Shown here: positions 43,021 to 53,306 of the stretch, one piece after another | Position numbering within the stretch: the stretch's first letter is position 1 | Layout of the letters: each line of letters begins with the position of its first letter | The notes under the pieces: generated by a model | What the model saw: the letters and a program-made list of their open reading frames with translations, nothing else | Databases searched by the model: none | What the model was told of the DNA's origin: nothing | Origin: Cumulibacter sp. | GTDB taxonomy: Bacteria > Actinomycetota > Actinomycetes > Mycobacteriales > Antricoccaceae | Direction of reading: 5' to 3' | Length of the DNA stretch: 64,000 nucleotides | Assembly (NCBI GenBank): GCA_047975195.1 | Contig: JBKEDB010000013.1 | Location: 4,106-68,105 of the forward strand | Made by a program: the position numbers and the translations under genes

Positions 43021-46000
43021 TTACTGTCCGGACTTGTAGCTGCCCTTGACGGACGACTTGTAGGTGCCGTCCTGGCCCGATCCGGCCGGCTTGGCCGGTG
43101 CTGCCGGCGGAGCCGGCTGCGAATCTGCGGCCGTAGCCTCAGTTTCCGGGGTGGCAGCGGAGTCGTCCGCGGCGTGCCTCGGTCCGGGAGCGGCGGCCGT
43201 TGCGGCCGCGGGCACTGGGGCGCTCGCGTCCGGCTCGTCTTCCGCGGCCGCGTGACGACCGCCGGTCGACTCGCTCGCAGGTGCGGCTTCGGCCTGGGGC
43301 TCCTCGGTCGCCGAGGCCTCAGGTGTCGCGGCCTCAGGTGCCGCTGCTTCGGGCGCTGGCGCCTCGGCAGCCGGTGCCGGGGCCGCCGCAGGTGCCGGTG
43401 CAGCAGCGGGCGCCGCCGGGGCCTTCTTGGCGTACTTCGACAGGTCGGAGTTGCCGTACGACCCCTTCACGTCTGACTTCGGCAGCGACGCCGGAGCGCT
43501 CGCGGCCGTCGTCTCCGTAGCCGGTGCCGCAGGTGCTTCGGTAGCGGCATTGTCGGTGGTAGGCGCTTCGGCAGCCGCAGCTTCGGGAGCAGGAGCCTCG
43601 GCAGCGGGCGCGGTGGCCGGTGTGGCCGCATCCGGTGCCGCCGGGGTCTTCGTGGCGTACTTCGACAGGTTCGCAGTGCCGTACGACCCCTTGGCGCCGC
43701 CCGTGCCCTTCGGCGCGGCCGGTGGCTGCGCTGCTGGAGCGGACGGCGTAGCCGTAGCCGATGCTTCGCTGGCGGGACCTGATGCGTCGGTAGCCGGGGC
43801 ATCACCCGCCGGAGCAGCAGGCGCCTTCTTCGCGTACTTGGCCAAGTTCGATGAACCCGAGCCGTACGAACCCTTGGCGCCCGAGCCGTACGACCCGGTT
43901 GGCTTGCTAGCCGCGACCTCGTCGGCAGGAGCCTCATCGGCAGGAGCCTCGGCGGCCGTTGAGGAAGGCGCTGCGCCATCGCTCTTGGCGTATTTGGCCA
44001 AGTTCGATGAACCCGAGCCGTACGAACCCTTACCGCCGGAGCCGTAGGAGCCCTTGGTTCCCGAACCGTAGGAGCCCTTTGGCTTCTCGGTCTCCGCGGC
44101 GGGCTTATCAGCCTCTGCAGGTTTGCTTGCGGCACCAGCAGCACTGCCGGAGGCGTACGACGTTGCCTTGCCGCCAGAGCTGTACCCGCCAGCTTTGCCG
44201 CCCGATGAGTAACCACCGGCCGAACCGCCCGAGGAGTATCCGCCCGAACCGGTCTTGGGACCGCCGGAGGAGTAGCCGCCCCCACCGGAGGAGTAGCCGC
44301 CTCCCGCGGGCTTCTCCGCGGCGGGTGCCTCGGCCGGCGGTGCTTCGGGCGTCGCGACGGACGCCGTTGCTCCGGTGTCTTCGCGCTCGGCGACAGCAAC
44401 CGCGGTCGCCGCGGCGACCGGGGCAGCCACGGCCGCCGCTGTCGCTGACTTCACTGCCGTCGCGAACCGCGCGGCCGACTCGGCAACGCCCGCCGACGCC
44501 ACAGCGCCCACCGGCGCCAGCTCACGCTTGGTGGCGCCCGCCATCGAACGCTGCATGATCTGCGCGACGTCGAGGACCTCAATCTCCTCACGCGCCTCAC
44601 CGGATTGCTTGCGTGCCGTCACGGCGTCCGACAGCATCGTGATGCAGAACGGGCAGGCGGTCGACACGATGTCCGGATCAAGTTCGAGCGCCTCATCGAC
44701 ACGTTCGACGTTGATCCGCTTACCGATGCGCTCTTCCATCCACATCCGAGCGCCGCCAGCGCCACAGCAGAAGCCCCGGTCCTTGCAGCGGTGCATCTCT
44801 TCGGTCTTGATACCGGGAACGCCAGCGAGTACCTCGCGCGGCGGGGTGTAGACCTTGTTGTGGCGGCCGAGGTAGCACGGATCGTGGTACGTGACCTTGC
44901 TGTCGATCGGGGTAACCGGAGTGAGGCGACCCGACTCGACGAGGTGACCGAGCAGCTGCGTGTGGTGCACGACTTCGTAGTGACCACCGAGCTGCGGATA
45001 TTCGTTCGCGAGCGAATTGAAGCAGTGCGGGCAGGTCGCGACGATCTTGCGGGTGCCCTCAGCGCGGTTCTCGAATACGCCGTTGAGCGTCTCGACGTTC
45101 TGCTGAGCCAGACCCTGGAACACCAGTTCGTTGCCGAGGCGGCGCGCCGGGTCGCCGGTGCACGTTTCTCCCGAACCCATGACCCCGAACGACACACCGG
45201 CCAGGTCCAGTAACTCCGCGACCGCGCGCGTGACCTTCTTGGAACGGTCCTCGAGCGCGCCGGCGCAACCGACCCAGAACAGGTACTCGACGTCGTCGGG
45301 GATTTCCCCCTCGATCTTGCGGACGTCGAAATCGAGGCCGGTCATCCAGTCTTCGCGAGCGGATGCCGACATACCCCACGGGTTGCCCTTGCCTTCGAGG
45401 TTCTTCAGCATGACGCCGGCCTCGGACGGGAACGCCGACTCGATCAGCACTTGGTAGCGGCGCATATCCAGGATGTGGTCCACGTGCTCGATATCGACCG
45501 GGCACTGCTCAACGCAGGCGCCGCAGGTGGTGCAGGACCACAGCACGTCCGGGTCAATAACACCGTTCTCTTCGGCGGTGCCGATCAACGGGCGCTCGTG
45601 CGCGGCGAGGGCAAGTACATCCAGACCCTCCAGCGCGTTGGGGTTACCGACCTCTTCGCCCATCGAGTCGCGTCGTCCGCCTGCCTGCAGGTACGGTGCC
45701 GTCTCGTACATGTGGTCGCGCAGGCCCATGATCATCAGCTTCGGCGACAGCGGCTTACCGGTGTTCCAAGCCGGGCACTGCGACTGGCAGCGACCGCACT
45801 CGGTGCAGGTGGAGAAGTCCAGCAGCCCCTTCCAGGTGAAGTGCTCAATCTGGGAGACGCCAAACAGGTCTTCCTCGGGATCGGATTCCTCCAGATCCAT
45901 GACCTTGCCGTCGCTCATCATCGGCTTCATATCGCCCAGCGAGTTGCGGCCGTCGGCGTTGCGCTTGAAGAAGATGTTGAAGAACGCCCACAGCCGGTGC

Positions 46001-46734
46001 CAGCCGATACCCATCGCGGGTTGGCGGGACAGCACGAAGAAAAATGTCCAGGACGTCATGATCTTGATGAACGCGATAAGGCTGATGAGCACGCCTGCGG
46101 TCGACCAGTTCACGCCGATCGCTTCCCATAGGTTCGCGATTGCGTGCGAGACCGGAGCGGTCCACACCTGAAGGGTCTCTTCGCCGGCAGCATCCGCGCG
46201 CACGATGCGGAACGAGCGGATGAGCATGATGGTCAGGCCGATCGTGAAGACGACCGCCTCGACGAAGTACGCCTGCCAGAAGGTGGATCCAGCGAACCGC
46301 GACTTGCGCTGCGGGTCACGCGGGTGTGCTCGCTGCCGGAAGATGATGAGCGCGACGATGCCGAAGATCGTGCCCAGCGCGAGGATCTCGGTGACCAGCG
46401 ACAGTCCCCACCAGTGGCCGATGATGGGGAGGTGGAAGTCAGGGTTGAGCGCCTCGCCGTACGCCTCGAGCAGCGTCAAGAAGAGGCCGAAGAACCCGAG
46501 GAAGGTCAACCAGTGAGCGAAACCGACGAAGTTCCACTTGAACATCTTGGTATGGCCAACAGTCTCGCGGGCCAGCGTCTTGGCCCGCGCGCCCTTGTCA
46601 TAGCTTCTGGTGCCGTCGGGCTGGCCGTACTTGAAGATTTTCCAGACGCTGCGAGCCTTGCCCACGAACAGCGCGATCGCTGTGACCGTGAACAAGACCG
46701 CGACGACGAAGAAAAACCAATTTAAGGCAGTCAT
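43021..46734 (-). CDS. Membrane-anchored Fe-S / CCG-domain (heterodisulfide-reductase-like, Rv0338c-type) oxidoreductase with a low-complexity repeat tail of about 500 aa
   Basis: N-terminal multi-TM domain. Two 4Fe-4S motifs: 'CTECGRCQSQCP' and 'CTTCGACVEQCP'. Two CCG-type motifs: 'WVGCAG...' and 'RGFCCGAGG'. ATG 46734 is preceded by GAGAGGA; the track ORF starts at GTG 46779. Confidence 0.9.
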   Translation of the reverse strand: MTALNWFFFVVAVLFTVTAIALFVGKARSVWKIFKYGQPDGTRSYDKGARAKTLARETVGHTKMFKWNFVGFAHWLTFLGFFGLFLTLLEAYGEALNPDFHLPIIGHWWGLSLVTEILALGTIFGIVALIIFRQRAHPRDPQRKSRFAGSTFWQAYFVEAVVFTIGLTIMLIRSFRIVRADAAGEETLQVWTAPVSHAIANLWEAIGVNWSTAGVLISLIAFIKIMTSWTFFFVLSRQPAMGIGWHRLWAFFNIFFKRNADGRNSLGDMKPMMSDGKVMDLEESDPEEDLFGVSQIEHFTWKGLLDFSTCTECGRCQSQCPAWNTGKPLSPKLMIMGLRDHMYETAPYLQAGGRRDSMGEEVGNPNALEGLDVLALAAHERPLIGTAEENGVIDPDVLWSCTTCGACVEQCPVDIEHVDHILDMRRYQVLIESAFPSEAGVMLKNLEGKGNPWGMSASAREDWMTGLDFDVRKIEGEIPDDVEYLFWVGCAGALEDRSKKVTRAVAELLDLAGVSFGVMGSGETCTGDPARRLGNELVFQGLAQQNVETLNGVFENRAEGTRKIVATCPHCFNSLANEYPQLGGHYEVVHHTQLLGHLVESGRLTPVTPIDSKVTYHDPCYLGRHNKVYTPPREVLAGVPGIKTEEMHRCKDRGFCCGAGGARMWMEERIGKRINVERVDEALELDPDIVSTACPFCITMLSDAVTARKQSGEAREEIEVLDVAQIMQRSMAGATKRELAPVGAVASAGVAESAARFATAVKSATAAAVAAPVAAATAVAVAEREDTGATASVATPEAPPAEAPAAEKPAGGGYSSGGGGYSSGGPKTGSGGYSSGGSAGGYSSGGKAGGYSSGGKATSYASGSAAGAASKPAEADKPAAETEKPKGSYGSGTKGSYGSGGKGSYGSGSSNLAKYAKSDGAAPSSTAAEAPADEAPADEVAASKPTGSYGSGAKGSYGSGSSNLAKYAKKAPAAPAGDAPATDASGPASEASATATPSAPAAQPPAAPKGTGGAKGSYGTANLSKYATKTPAAPDAATPATAPAAEAPAPEAAAAEAPTTDNAATEAPAAPATETTAASAPASLPKSDVKGSYGNSDLSKYAKKAPAAPAAAPAPAAAPAPAAEAPAPEAAAPEAATPEASATEEPQAEAAPASESTGGRHAAAEDEPDASAPVPAAATAAAPGPRHAADDSAATPETEATAADSQPAPPAAPAKPAGSGQDGTYKSSVKGSYKSGQ

Positions 46735-46866
46735 CACGATCCTCTCGGGTTCCGAAGCAGGATACTCTGCGGTATTCACCGCAAATACGCTGCGTTCGGC
46801 TGGCCATCCACAACGTTCATCTGCTGGTTAGTGCTCGGTACGGGTGAACCCGCTACGCTCAGCGTA

Positions 46867-47067
46867 ATGAGAATCTCACGCAAGACGCTGAGTTTCGTCG
46901 CACTTGTGGCGAGCATGTTGTACGGCGTCGGCTTTACCGTCGTCGACGACAAGGCGACATATGCGCCGATTGGTGGCGTGATCGTGGCGATTGCCTGGGT
47001 CGCGGTGGGTGTGTTCGGCCGCGACGACGGCGCTACCGAGCGCAAGGACTCCGCTATCGAGCAGTAG
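46867..47067 (+). CDS. Small two-TM membrane protein (hypothetical)
   Basis: 66 aa from ATG 46867, with two hydrophobic helices (FVALVASMLYGVGFTVV; IGGVIVAIAWVAVGVF). Support is weak. Confidence 0.4.
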   Translation: MRISRKTLSFVALVASMLYGVGFTVVDDKATYAPIGGVIVAIAWVAVGVFGRDDGATERKDSAIEQ

Positions 47068-47123
47068 TTACCCGCGGGAGCTGACTGGCTGATCCGGGCG
47101 GGAGCGGCGCCGGTGAACGGCGC

Positions 47124-47834
47124 GTGAAGCATGCAGACCGATCAGACAATTTTGTCGATTCGGGCCTTCAGAATCGCTACGGTCGGCGCGTGACCGACCT
47201 GCAGGAGTACGCGGCGACGTACTACGACTTCTCCCGGCCTACCGATGGCGTAAAGCACCGGGTCGATAGTTGGCGTGACTGGGTGATTCGCCGACAGATT
47301 CGCAGCCGGTTGCCGCGACGTTCGCGGAGGCGATTGCTTGACGTAGGTTGTGGCCTCGGACTTTTCCTCGAGTCCATGAGCGATGAGTTCGATCTGTGGG
47401 GCCTGGATGTGTCCGAGTACGCGATCGCGCATTGCCGCCAGCGACTGCCGGACGCCACGTTCGACTGCGGGTCGCTGTCCGACGGAGTCGGTTTCTCGGT
47501 GAAGTTCGACGTTGTCACCGCGATCAACGTCTTCGAACATCTCCATGATCCGGCGCGAGCGGCGGACGCCGTACGCCGCCGGATGACGACGGGTGGATTG
47601 TTGATCACGCACCTGCCGACCATCGGCAACCGGCTGCAACGCGCGCTGTATCGGGGCAGTTACGACCAAGACCCCACGCACATCTACCGGCCGTCTGGCG
47701 CAGCCTTCACCGAGTTGATCAGCGCGGCCGGATTCACGTGCGTGGCCTCGGCGTACGCCCCGTTCGTACCGATGCCGGTGCTGCGTCGGGCGCCCGCCCA
47801 CCCGGCGTTCTTAGCCGTTTTCGAGGCTGCGTAG
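47124..47834 (+). CDS. Class I SAM-dependent methyltransferase
   Basis: Motif I 'LLDVGCGLGLF' and post-I 'LWGLDVS'. Confidence 0.8.
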   Translation: MKHADRSDNFVDSGLQNRYGRRVTDLQEYAATYYDFSRPTDGVKHRVDSWRDWVIRRQIRSRLPRRSRRRLLDVGCGLGLFLESMSDEFDLWGLDVSEYAIAHCRQRLPDATFDCGSLSDGVGFSVKFDVVTAINVFEHLHDPARAADAVRRRMTTGGLLITHLPTIGNRLQRALYRGSYDQDPTHIYRPSGAAFTELISAAGFTCVASAYAPFVPMPVLRRAPAHPAFLAVFEAA

Positions 47835-47882
47835 CGCGTCCGGAGGGTTCCGGCCGTGTGCCGCTGCCGATACGTTTGAGGT

Positions 47883-48755
47883 ATGAAGCCTGATTTGTAC
47901 GTGCACGCAAACGGTCTTGAGTTCGCGTGCTTGGAGCGTGGCACGGGACCATTGGCGCTGGTGCTGCACGGATTCCCGGACACTCCGGTGTCGTTCATCC
48001 CGTTGCTGGAGGCGCTCGCGGACGCGGGTTACCGCGCCGTTGCCCCGTGGATGCGTGGCTATGCGCCCACGGCGATTCCCGACGACGGCGACTTCTCGGT
48101 AGCGGCGTTGGTCGCGGATGCGAGTGCGCTGCACGAGGTACTCAACGGCGACGAGCATGCGGTGATCATCGGCCACGACTGGGGCGCGAGCGTGTCGTAC
48201 GCCGCCGCCGCGGCCAACCCCACGCGGTGGTCAAAGACGGTGGTGATGAGCGTGCCTCCGCCGCCGTACACGATGCAGGTGTTGCAGGAGTATGACCAAC
48301 TGAAGCGCTCCTTTTATATGTGGCTGTTCCAGTTGGGCATTGCTGAGAAGATGGTGACCACCCGCGATGGGGTGTTCATCGAGCGGCTTTGGCGCGACTG
48401 GTCGCCTGGTTTTGATCCCACCGAGGCGCTCACGCACGTGCGTCGAAGCCTGGCCGCGCCGGAGAACCTGACCGCGGCAATTGGGTACTACCGCGCATCG
48501 TTTGGTGCGTTCCGCCTCGGAGCGCCACGGCCGGCGATAGCGCCGGTGCCGCCGCCGACCTGCCGCCAACCGGGGCTGTACCTGCATGGGGCCAACGACG
48601 GCTGCATGGTCGCCACGCCGGAACTACTGGGAAAGATTGTGACGAACTTCGGTGAGGGATCAGCGGCCGAGTTCGTGTCGGACGCCGGTCACTTCCTAGT
48701 CAACGAGCAGCCGGCGGCGGTCAGCGAACGCATAGTCCGATTCCTGCACAGCTGA
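47883..48755 (+). CDS. Alpha/beta hydrolase (epoxide-hydrolase-like)
   Basis: 'LVLHGFPDTP' oxyanion motif and 'IGHDWGA' nucleophile elbow (Asp nucleophile type). Confidence 0.85.
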   Translation: MKPDLYVHANGLEFACLERGTGPLALVLHGFPDTPVSFIPLLEALADAGYRAVAPWMRGYAPTAIPDDGDFSVAALVADASALHEVLNGDEHAVIIGHDWGASVSYAAAAANPTRWSKTVVMSVPPPPYTMQVLQEYDQLKRSFYMWLFQLGIAEKMVTTRDGVFIERLWRDWSPGFDPTEALTHVRRSLAAPENLTAAIGYYRASFGAFRLGAPRPAIAPVPPPTCRQPGLYLHGANDGCMVATPELLGKIVTNFGEGSAAEFVSDAGHFLVNEQPAAVSERIVRFLHS

Positions 48756-48781
48756 CCTGATTGCCGCCGAATGCTCGCCGA

Positions 48782-49183
48782 CTACGCCGAGGCTGTGGGG
48801 TCCATCCACATGATTTCCCAGATGTGCCCGTCCATGTCGGCGTACGAGCGGCCATACATGAACTCGCCCATCTCCTGAGTACGCCCATTCGTTGCGCCGG
48901 CCGCGATGGCGGCGTCGACCAGTTGGTCGACCTCATCGCGGCTGTTCGCAGTTAGTGCAGTGAGGACCTCGTGGGTGCCGGGTTCGGCGGTGGCGCCACT
49001 GTGGAAGGTAGCGAAATGGTCGCGGCCGAGCAGCATCGCGAACAGGTTCTCGCCGAGGACAAGGCTGGCCGCGACACCTTCCTGGCAGAATTCCTCGTTG
49101 AACGAGTACCCGAGCTTGCCGAAGAACTCCCGGCTGCGCTCGACATCAGCGACTGGCAGGTTGACGAAGATCATGTGATGCAT
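48782..49183 (-). CDS. VOC (glyoxalase/bleomycin-resistance fold) family protein
   Basis: 'IFVNLPVADVERSREFFGKLGY' is a typical VOC N-terminal beta-alpha-beta unit. 133 aa. Confidence 0.75.
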   Translation of the reverse strand: MHHMIFVNLPVADVERSREFFGKLGYSFNEEFCQEGVAASLVLGENLFAMLLGRDHFATFHSGATAEPGTHEVLTALTANSRDEVDQLVDAAIAAGATNGRTQEMGEFMYGRSYADMDGHIWEIMWMDPTASA

Positions 49184-49314
49184 GGTGTTGTCTCCTTAGT
49201 TTGGTGCGGGGCCGGGTGCCCCGTTCTGCTTGGGGATGTCTGCCCCGCTCACAGAGGTAGACGACGCCGAGACCGCACACTCATCGGCATCTCGAAAAAT
49301 GTTCTGCGGTGCCG

Positions 49315-49380
49315 CAAAAAACGCAGTCCCCGCGGCTGCCCATCGCGTATAGAACGATGAGCGGCCGCTGGGACTGCGTC
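49315..49380 (-). terminator. Intrinsic terminator downstream of the acyl-CoA synthetase gene
   Basis: On the minus strand: stem acgcagtcccagcggccgc ... gcagccgcggggactgcgt followed by TTTTTT (rc of aaaaaa 49316-49321). Confidence 0.65.
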
Positions 49381-49444
49381 TTTAGTCGTGCCTCGGGCAA
49401 TGCCCTCCCGTTGCACCCCTGTTTCGGGTGCGACCCGGGTCCGG

Positions 49445-51025
49445 TTACGCCGTGGGCAGCTCGAGTCCGCCCTCCGGGGCGAGTTCGGCGGCACGGTTGC
49501 GCAGCAGTTTCTTGTCGATCTTGTCCAGCAACCCCGTTGGCATCTCCTCAACGAAGTACACCTCGCGCGGCCGCTTGAAATCAGCGAGTTCGCGCGCGCT
49601 CGCGTCCAGCACCGCCGTTCGGACTTCGTCTTCGCTCATTGACGCTTGATCCAGCAGCTTGATGAAGACCACCGGCACCTCGTCCAGCATCCGGTGCGGC
49701 GACGCGATCACGGCAACGCTGTGTAACTGACCTGGCGCTGCGAGCATCACTACCTGCTCGACCTGCTTCGCCGACACATTCTCGCCGCCGACGCGCAGTA
49801 CGTCTTTGTCACGGTCGGCGAAGTACACGTAGCCTTCCGCGTCGATCTGTACCCGGTCACCGGTGTGGAACCAGCCGTCGGCGGTGTACGCCTTCGCATT
49901 GGCCTCCGGATTGTTGAAGTAACCCAGCGCGAGTTGGACGCCGCGGGTTCCACGTACGTACAGGTCGCCGATCACTCCCGGTGCGGCGCGTTTGCCGGAC
50001 TCGTCGATCACCGCGATCTGATAGCCGGGGGTCACCGATCCGATCGATCCCTCGGGAGTGTCGATCATCAGGTCCCGGCGCAAGACGTGCGAGACGGTCT
50101 CGGTCATGCCGTACGCGCTGAAGGTCGGCACGCCGTAGTGCTGTTCGATCAGCGGCAGCCGCGCCCCGTGGCTGAACAGGCGCAGGTTGTGCTTGGGCAC
50201 CGGCTGCGAGGACAGTGCCTGGTGGGAGAACGCCTGCATGCTGCATACCGTTACGTTGTGACGCAGTACCACGTCCCAGAAGGTCGACGCCGAGAACTTC
50301 GGCTGTAGTACGACCCGGCCGCCCGCCCAGATCATCGGCCACACATTCCAGCCCTGCGCGTGGGTATGGAATAGCGGCATGTTGGTCAGGTAGGCGTCCG
50401 CCGGAGTGATCCGCAGGTTGTCCGACACGGTCCGGGCGCCCCACAGGAAGTTCGCGTGCGTGTGGATCACGGCTTTCGGGCGCGCCGTCGTCCCGGACGT
50501 GTACTGAATTCCCGCCGGCATCAGTGGATCAGGTGCGCGCAGGTCGAAGTCGTCGTTGTGACTCAGTAACTCGTCGAAGTCCTCGCCGATCACGATGTAC
50601 CAGCCGAGGGTCGGCGTGTTGGCCTTGAGTTCATCGAGCAGGTGAGGCTGAGTGATCGCGCCGACGGCGCCGCTGTGCTCGGCGAAGTACGTCAACTCGC
50701 CGCCACGGGTGCGGGTGTTGGTGGTGACCGCGATCGCGCCCAACGTCGCGCAGGCGTACCAGGCGAGCATCATTTCGGGGCAGTTGTCGCTATGCACCTG
50801 GATTCGATCTCCGACCTGCACGCCACGTGCGCGCAGTCCGTTCGCCGTACGGCGGACGTCGGACCAGAACTCGGCGTACGTCCAGCGACGTTCGTTACCG
50901 TCGCGGGGTACCCACACCAGGAATTCGTCGTCACCGGAGTGCTCGGCGCGATAGCGCAGTAGCCACGGGACGTCACGCCCGAAGAAGGTTTCGTCGTCGA
51001 AATCCAGGTTCAGGGCGGGCATCAT
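49445..51025 (-). CDS. AMP-dependent acyl-CoA synthetase/ligase
   Basis: 'IQYTSGTTARPKAV' AMP-binding motif, 'YGMTE', C-terminal 'MPTGLLDKIDKK'. Start at ATG 51025 (MMPALNLDF...). The longer track ORF (to 51337) is Arg/Ser-rich junk and overlaps map. Confidence 0.85.
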   Translation of the reverse strand: MMPALNLDFDDETFFGRDVPWLLRYRAEHSGDDEFLVWVPRDGNERRWTYAEFWSDVRRTANGLRARGVQVGDRIQVHSDNCPEMMLAWYACATLGAIAVTTNTRTRGGELTYFAEHSGAVGAITQPHLLDELKANTPTLGWYIVIGEDFDELLSHNDDFDLRAPDPLMPAGIQYTSGTTARPKAVIHTHANFLWGARTVSDNLRITPADAYLTNMPLFHTHAQGWNVWPMIWAGGRVVLQPKFSASTFWDVVLRHNVTVCSMQAFSHQALSSQPVPKHNLRLFSHGARLPLIEQHYGVPTFSAYGMTETVSHVLRRDLMIDTPEGSIGSVTPGYQIAVIDESGKRAAPGVIGDLYVRGTRGVQLALGYFNNPEANAKAYTADGWFHTGDRVQIDAEGYVYFADRDKDVLRVGGENVSAKQVEQVVMLAAPGQLHSVAVIASPHRMLDEVPVVFIKLLDQASMSEDEVRTAVLDASARELADFKRPREVYFVEEMPTGLLDKIDKKLLRNRAAELAPEGGLELPTA

Positions 51026-51204
51026 GTCCGGCAAGGGTGTCCTCCAGAGGTGAGATCGTGCACTGTTTCTATCACCACGTCCCGAGAGACTGGTAACGAT
51101 GATCACCGCTGGACGACGGACTGCGAGAGAATGACGCGAGCCTGGTTTCGCTTTACGTGGGCGAGCAGCAGACCTGAGCAGATGACCCGAAAGAGCAGAA
51201 CGAC

Positions 51205-51972
51205 ATGATCGAGATCCTCTCGCCGCGCGAGATCGAGCAGATGAGGCCGGCGGGCGCATTCGTCGGCAAGGTGTTGAGCACGCTGCAGCGGGAGGTCCGC
51301 GTCGGCGACAACCTGCTGGAGATCGATGCCCGCGCACACGAGATGATCCGGGAGGTAGGCGCCGAGTCGTGCTACCTGGACTACGCGCCGTCCTTCGGCA
51401 GCGGACCCTTCGGGTTTGTCATCTGCACTTCGGTCAACGACGCCGTACTGCATGGCAAACCGCGCGATCAGAAGGTGCAGGACGGTGACCTCGTCACCCT
51501 CGACTTCGCGGTGTCCATCGATGGCTGGGTATGCGATTCGGCCGTCAGTTTCAATGTCGGCACGCAGCGCGAGGAGGATCAGAAGATGATCGCTACAGCG
51601 ACCGAAGCCTTGCACGCGGGAATTGAGCAGGCGCGAGTCGGTAATCGAATCGGCGACATCTCGCACGCCATCGGCGCGATCATGCGCGGCGGCGGGTACG
51701 GCTTCAACACGGACTTCGGCGGCCATGGCGTGGGCAGCACCATGCACGGCGATCCGCATATCCCGAACAGCGGTCCGCGCGGGCGGGGGATGAAGCTCAA
51801 AGAAGGTCTCGTCATCGCGATCGAGCCTTGGCTGATGGCTGGCACCAACGACCTGATCACCGATAAGGACGGCTGGACGTTGCGCAGCGCGGACGGCTCG
51901 CGTACGGCGCATGTCGAGCACACGGTCGCGATCACGAAGTCCGGTCCGATCATCATGACCTCGCGCGACTAA
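51205..51972 (+). CDS. map: Type I methionine aminopeptidase
   Basis: Metal-ligand blocks 'VTLDFAVSIDGWVCDSA', 'GGHGVG', 'VIAIEPW' and 'HVEHTV'. 255 aa. Confidence 0.9.
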   Translation: MIEILSPREIEQMRPAGAFVGKVLSTLQREVRVGDNLLEIDARAHEMIREVGAESCYLDYAPSFGSGPFGFVICTSVNDAVLHGKPRDQKVQDGDLVTLDFAVSIDGWVCDSAVSFNVGTQREEDQKMIATATEALHAGIEQARVGNRIGDISHAIGAIMRGGGYGFNTDFGGHGVGSTMHGDPHIPNSGPRGRGMKLKEGLVIAIEPWLMAGTNDLITDKDGWTLRSADGSRTAHVEHTVAITKSGPIIMTSRD

Positions 51973-52088
51973 CGCCGCTACTTCCCGCGCTCGTTCGGGG
52001 ACGGACAACCGCGACTGATCCACCCGAAACGACCACAGATCTGTCGCGGGTCCTTAGGGCGGCTAACGGTGTGCGGCACAATGGCCGA

Positions 52089-53306
52089 ATGACCACCTCC
52101 GAGGCACCCGCGATCGGGGCGGGTCCGATGCGTCGGGCGCTGGTGGTCCTCTGCATCACCGAGATTGTCGCCTGGGGTGTGCTCTACTACGCGATGCCGG
52201 TCGCCGCCGAGCCGATGGCGGACGACACCGGCTGGAGCCAATCGTCGATCTTCGGTACGTACTCGGCGGGCCTGGTGGTCAGTGCGTTCATCGGTATTCC
52301 GCTGGGTTGGCTGCTCGAGCGCCGGGGCCCGCGCCTGCTGATGACCGGCGCTTCGATTCTCGTCGTGCCGTGCCTGATCATCGTCGCCACGGCCACCTCG
52401 ATCACCCAACTCGCCATCGGCTGGATCCTCGCCGGACTCGTCATGCCGGCCCTGTTCTATCAAGCCGCTTTCACCGCGTGCACCGGGTGGATGGGGGAGA
52501 ACCGAGTGAAGGGCATCACGGCGGTCACCGTCGCTGGCGGAATCTCCAGCACCGTGTTTGCGCCGCTGACCAGTTGGCTGCTCAGCGAATTTCACTGGCG
52601 CACGATGTGGCTGATTCTCGCCGGTGTGCTCGTGGTGATCTTGGTTCCGCTGCAGTGGTTCTGCCTGAACCTGCCGTGGACGCCGGTGGCTAAGGCGGAT
52701 GCCGTGGCGATGCCGGTTGGGCGGATCGTGCGTACGCCGCGGTACATCGCGCTGTCGGCGTCCATCACCGTGTTCATCTTCGGCGGGTTCGCCGTATGCC
52801 TGACGATTGTGTCGCTGATGACCGAGCGCGGGTTCTCGCATTCGTTCGGTGCCACGGCGCTCGCGCTGATCGGGGTCGGCCAACTCGTGGGCCGCCTCGG
52901 ATATGGTCGATTCGGTCACGGCCGCGCGCGGATGGTCCGCAATATGGTGATCGTCTGGACATTGGTCCTGAGCACCGTGCTGGTAGCGGTGGTGGAGCGG
53001 CCGGTGTGGGTGTTGATCGTCATCGTCGTCCTGCTGGGAGCGGCTCGCGGCGCGGGGACCCTGATGCACGCCACGATGGTCGTCGACATCTGGGGCCCCG
53101 AGCGGTACGGCGCCCTCATCGGAATTTTCACGATGCCGATCACGCTGGCGCAGGCGATAGCGCCGTGGGCCGGTGCGGCAATGGCGGCGCAGCTGGGCAG
53201 CTTCCGCGCGATGGACCTAGTGATTGCGGGATTGATCGCGGTTTCCGCGGTGGGGATCTACTTCAGCAGCCGGGTTCGGGCGCCCGCAGCAGAGGTCGCG
53301 CGTTAG
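52089..53306 (+). CDS. MFS transporter
   Basis: About 12 hydrophobic helices over about 405 aa. A Gly/Arg-rich loop 'GRLGYGRFGHGR' sits after TM8. The start could be GTG 52071. Confidence 0.75.
   Translation: MTTSEAPAIGAGPMRRALVVLCITEIVAWGVLYYAMPVAAEPMADDTGWSQSSIFGTYSAGLVVSAFIGIPLGWLLERRGPRLLMTGASILVVPCLIIVATATSITQLAIGWILAGLVMPALFYQAAFTACTGWMGENRVKGITAVTVAGGISSTVFAPLTSWLLSEFHWRTMWLILAGVLVVILVPLQWFCLNLPWTPVAKADAVAMPVGRIVRTPRYIALSASITVFIFGGFAVCLTIVSLMTERGFSHSFGATALALIGVGQLVGRLGYGRFGHGRARMVRNMVIVWTLVLSTVLVAVVERPVWVLIVIVVLLGAARGAGTLMHATMVVDIWGPERYGALIGIFTMPITLAQAIAPWAGAAMAAQLGSFRAMDLVIAGLIAVSAVGIYFSSRVRAPAAEVAR

Noticed and set aside
51103-53069. Minus-strand ORFs 51103-52023 (306 aa) and 51978-53069 (363 aa, His/Arg/Asp-rich)
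   Set aside because: They are antisense to map and the MFS transporter respectively and contain no motifs.
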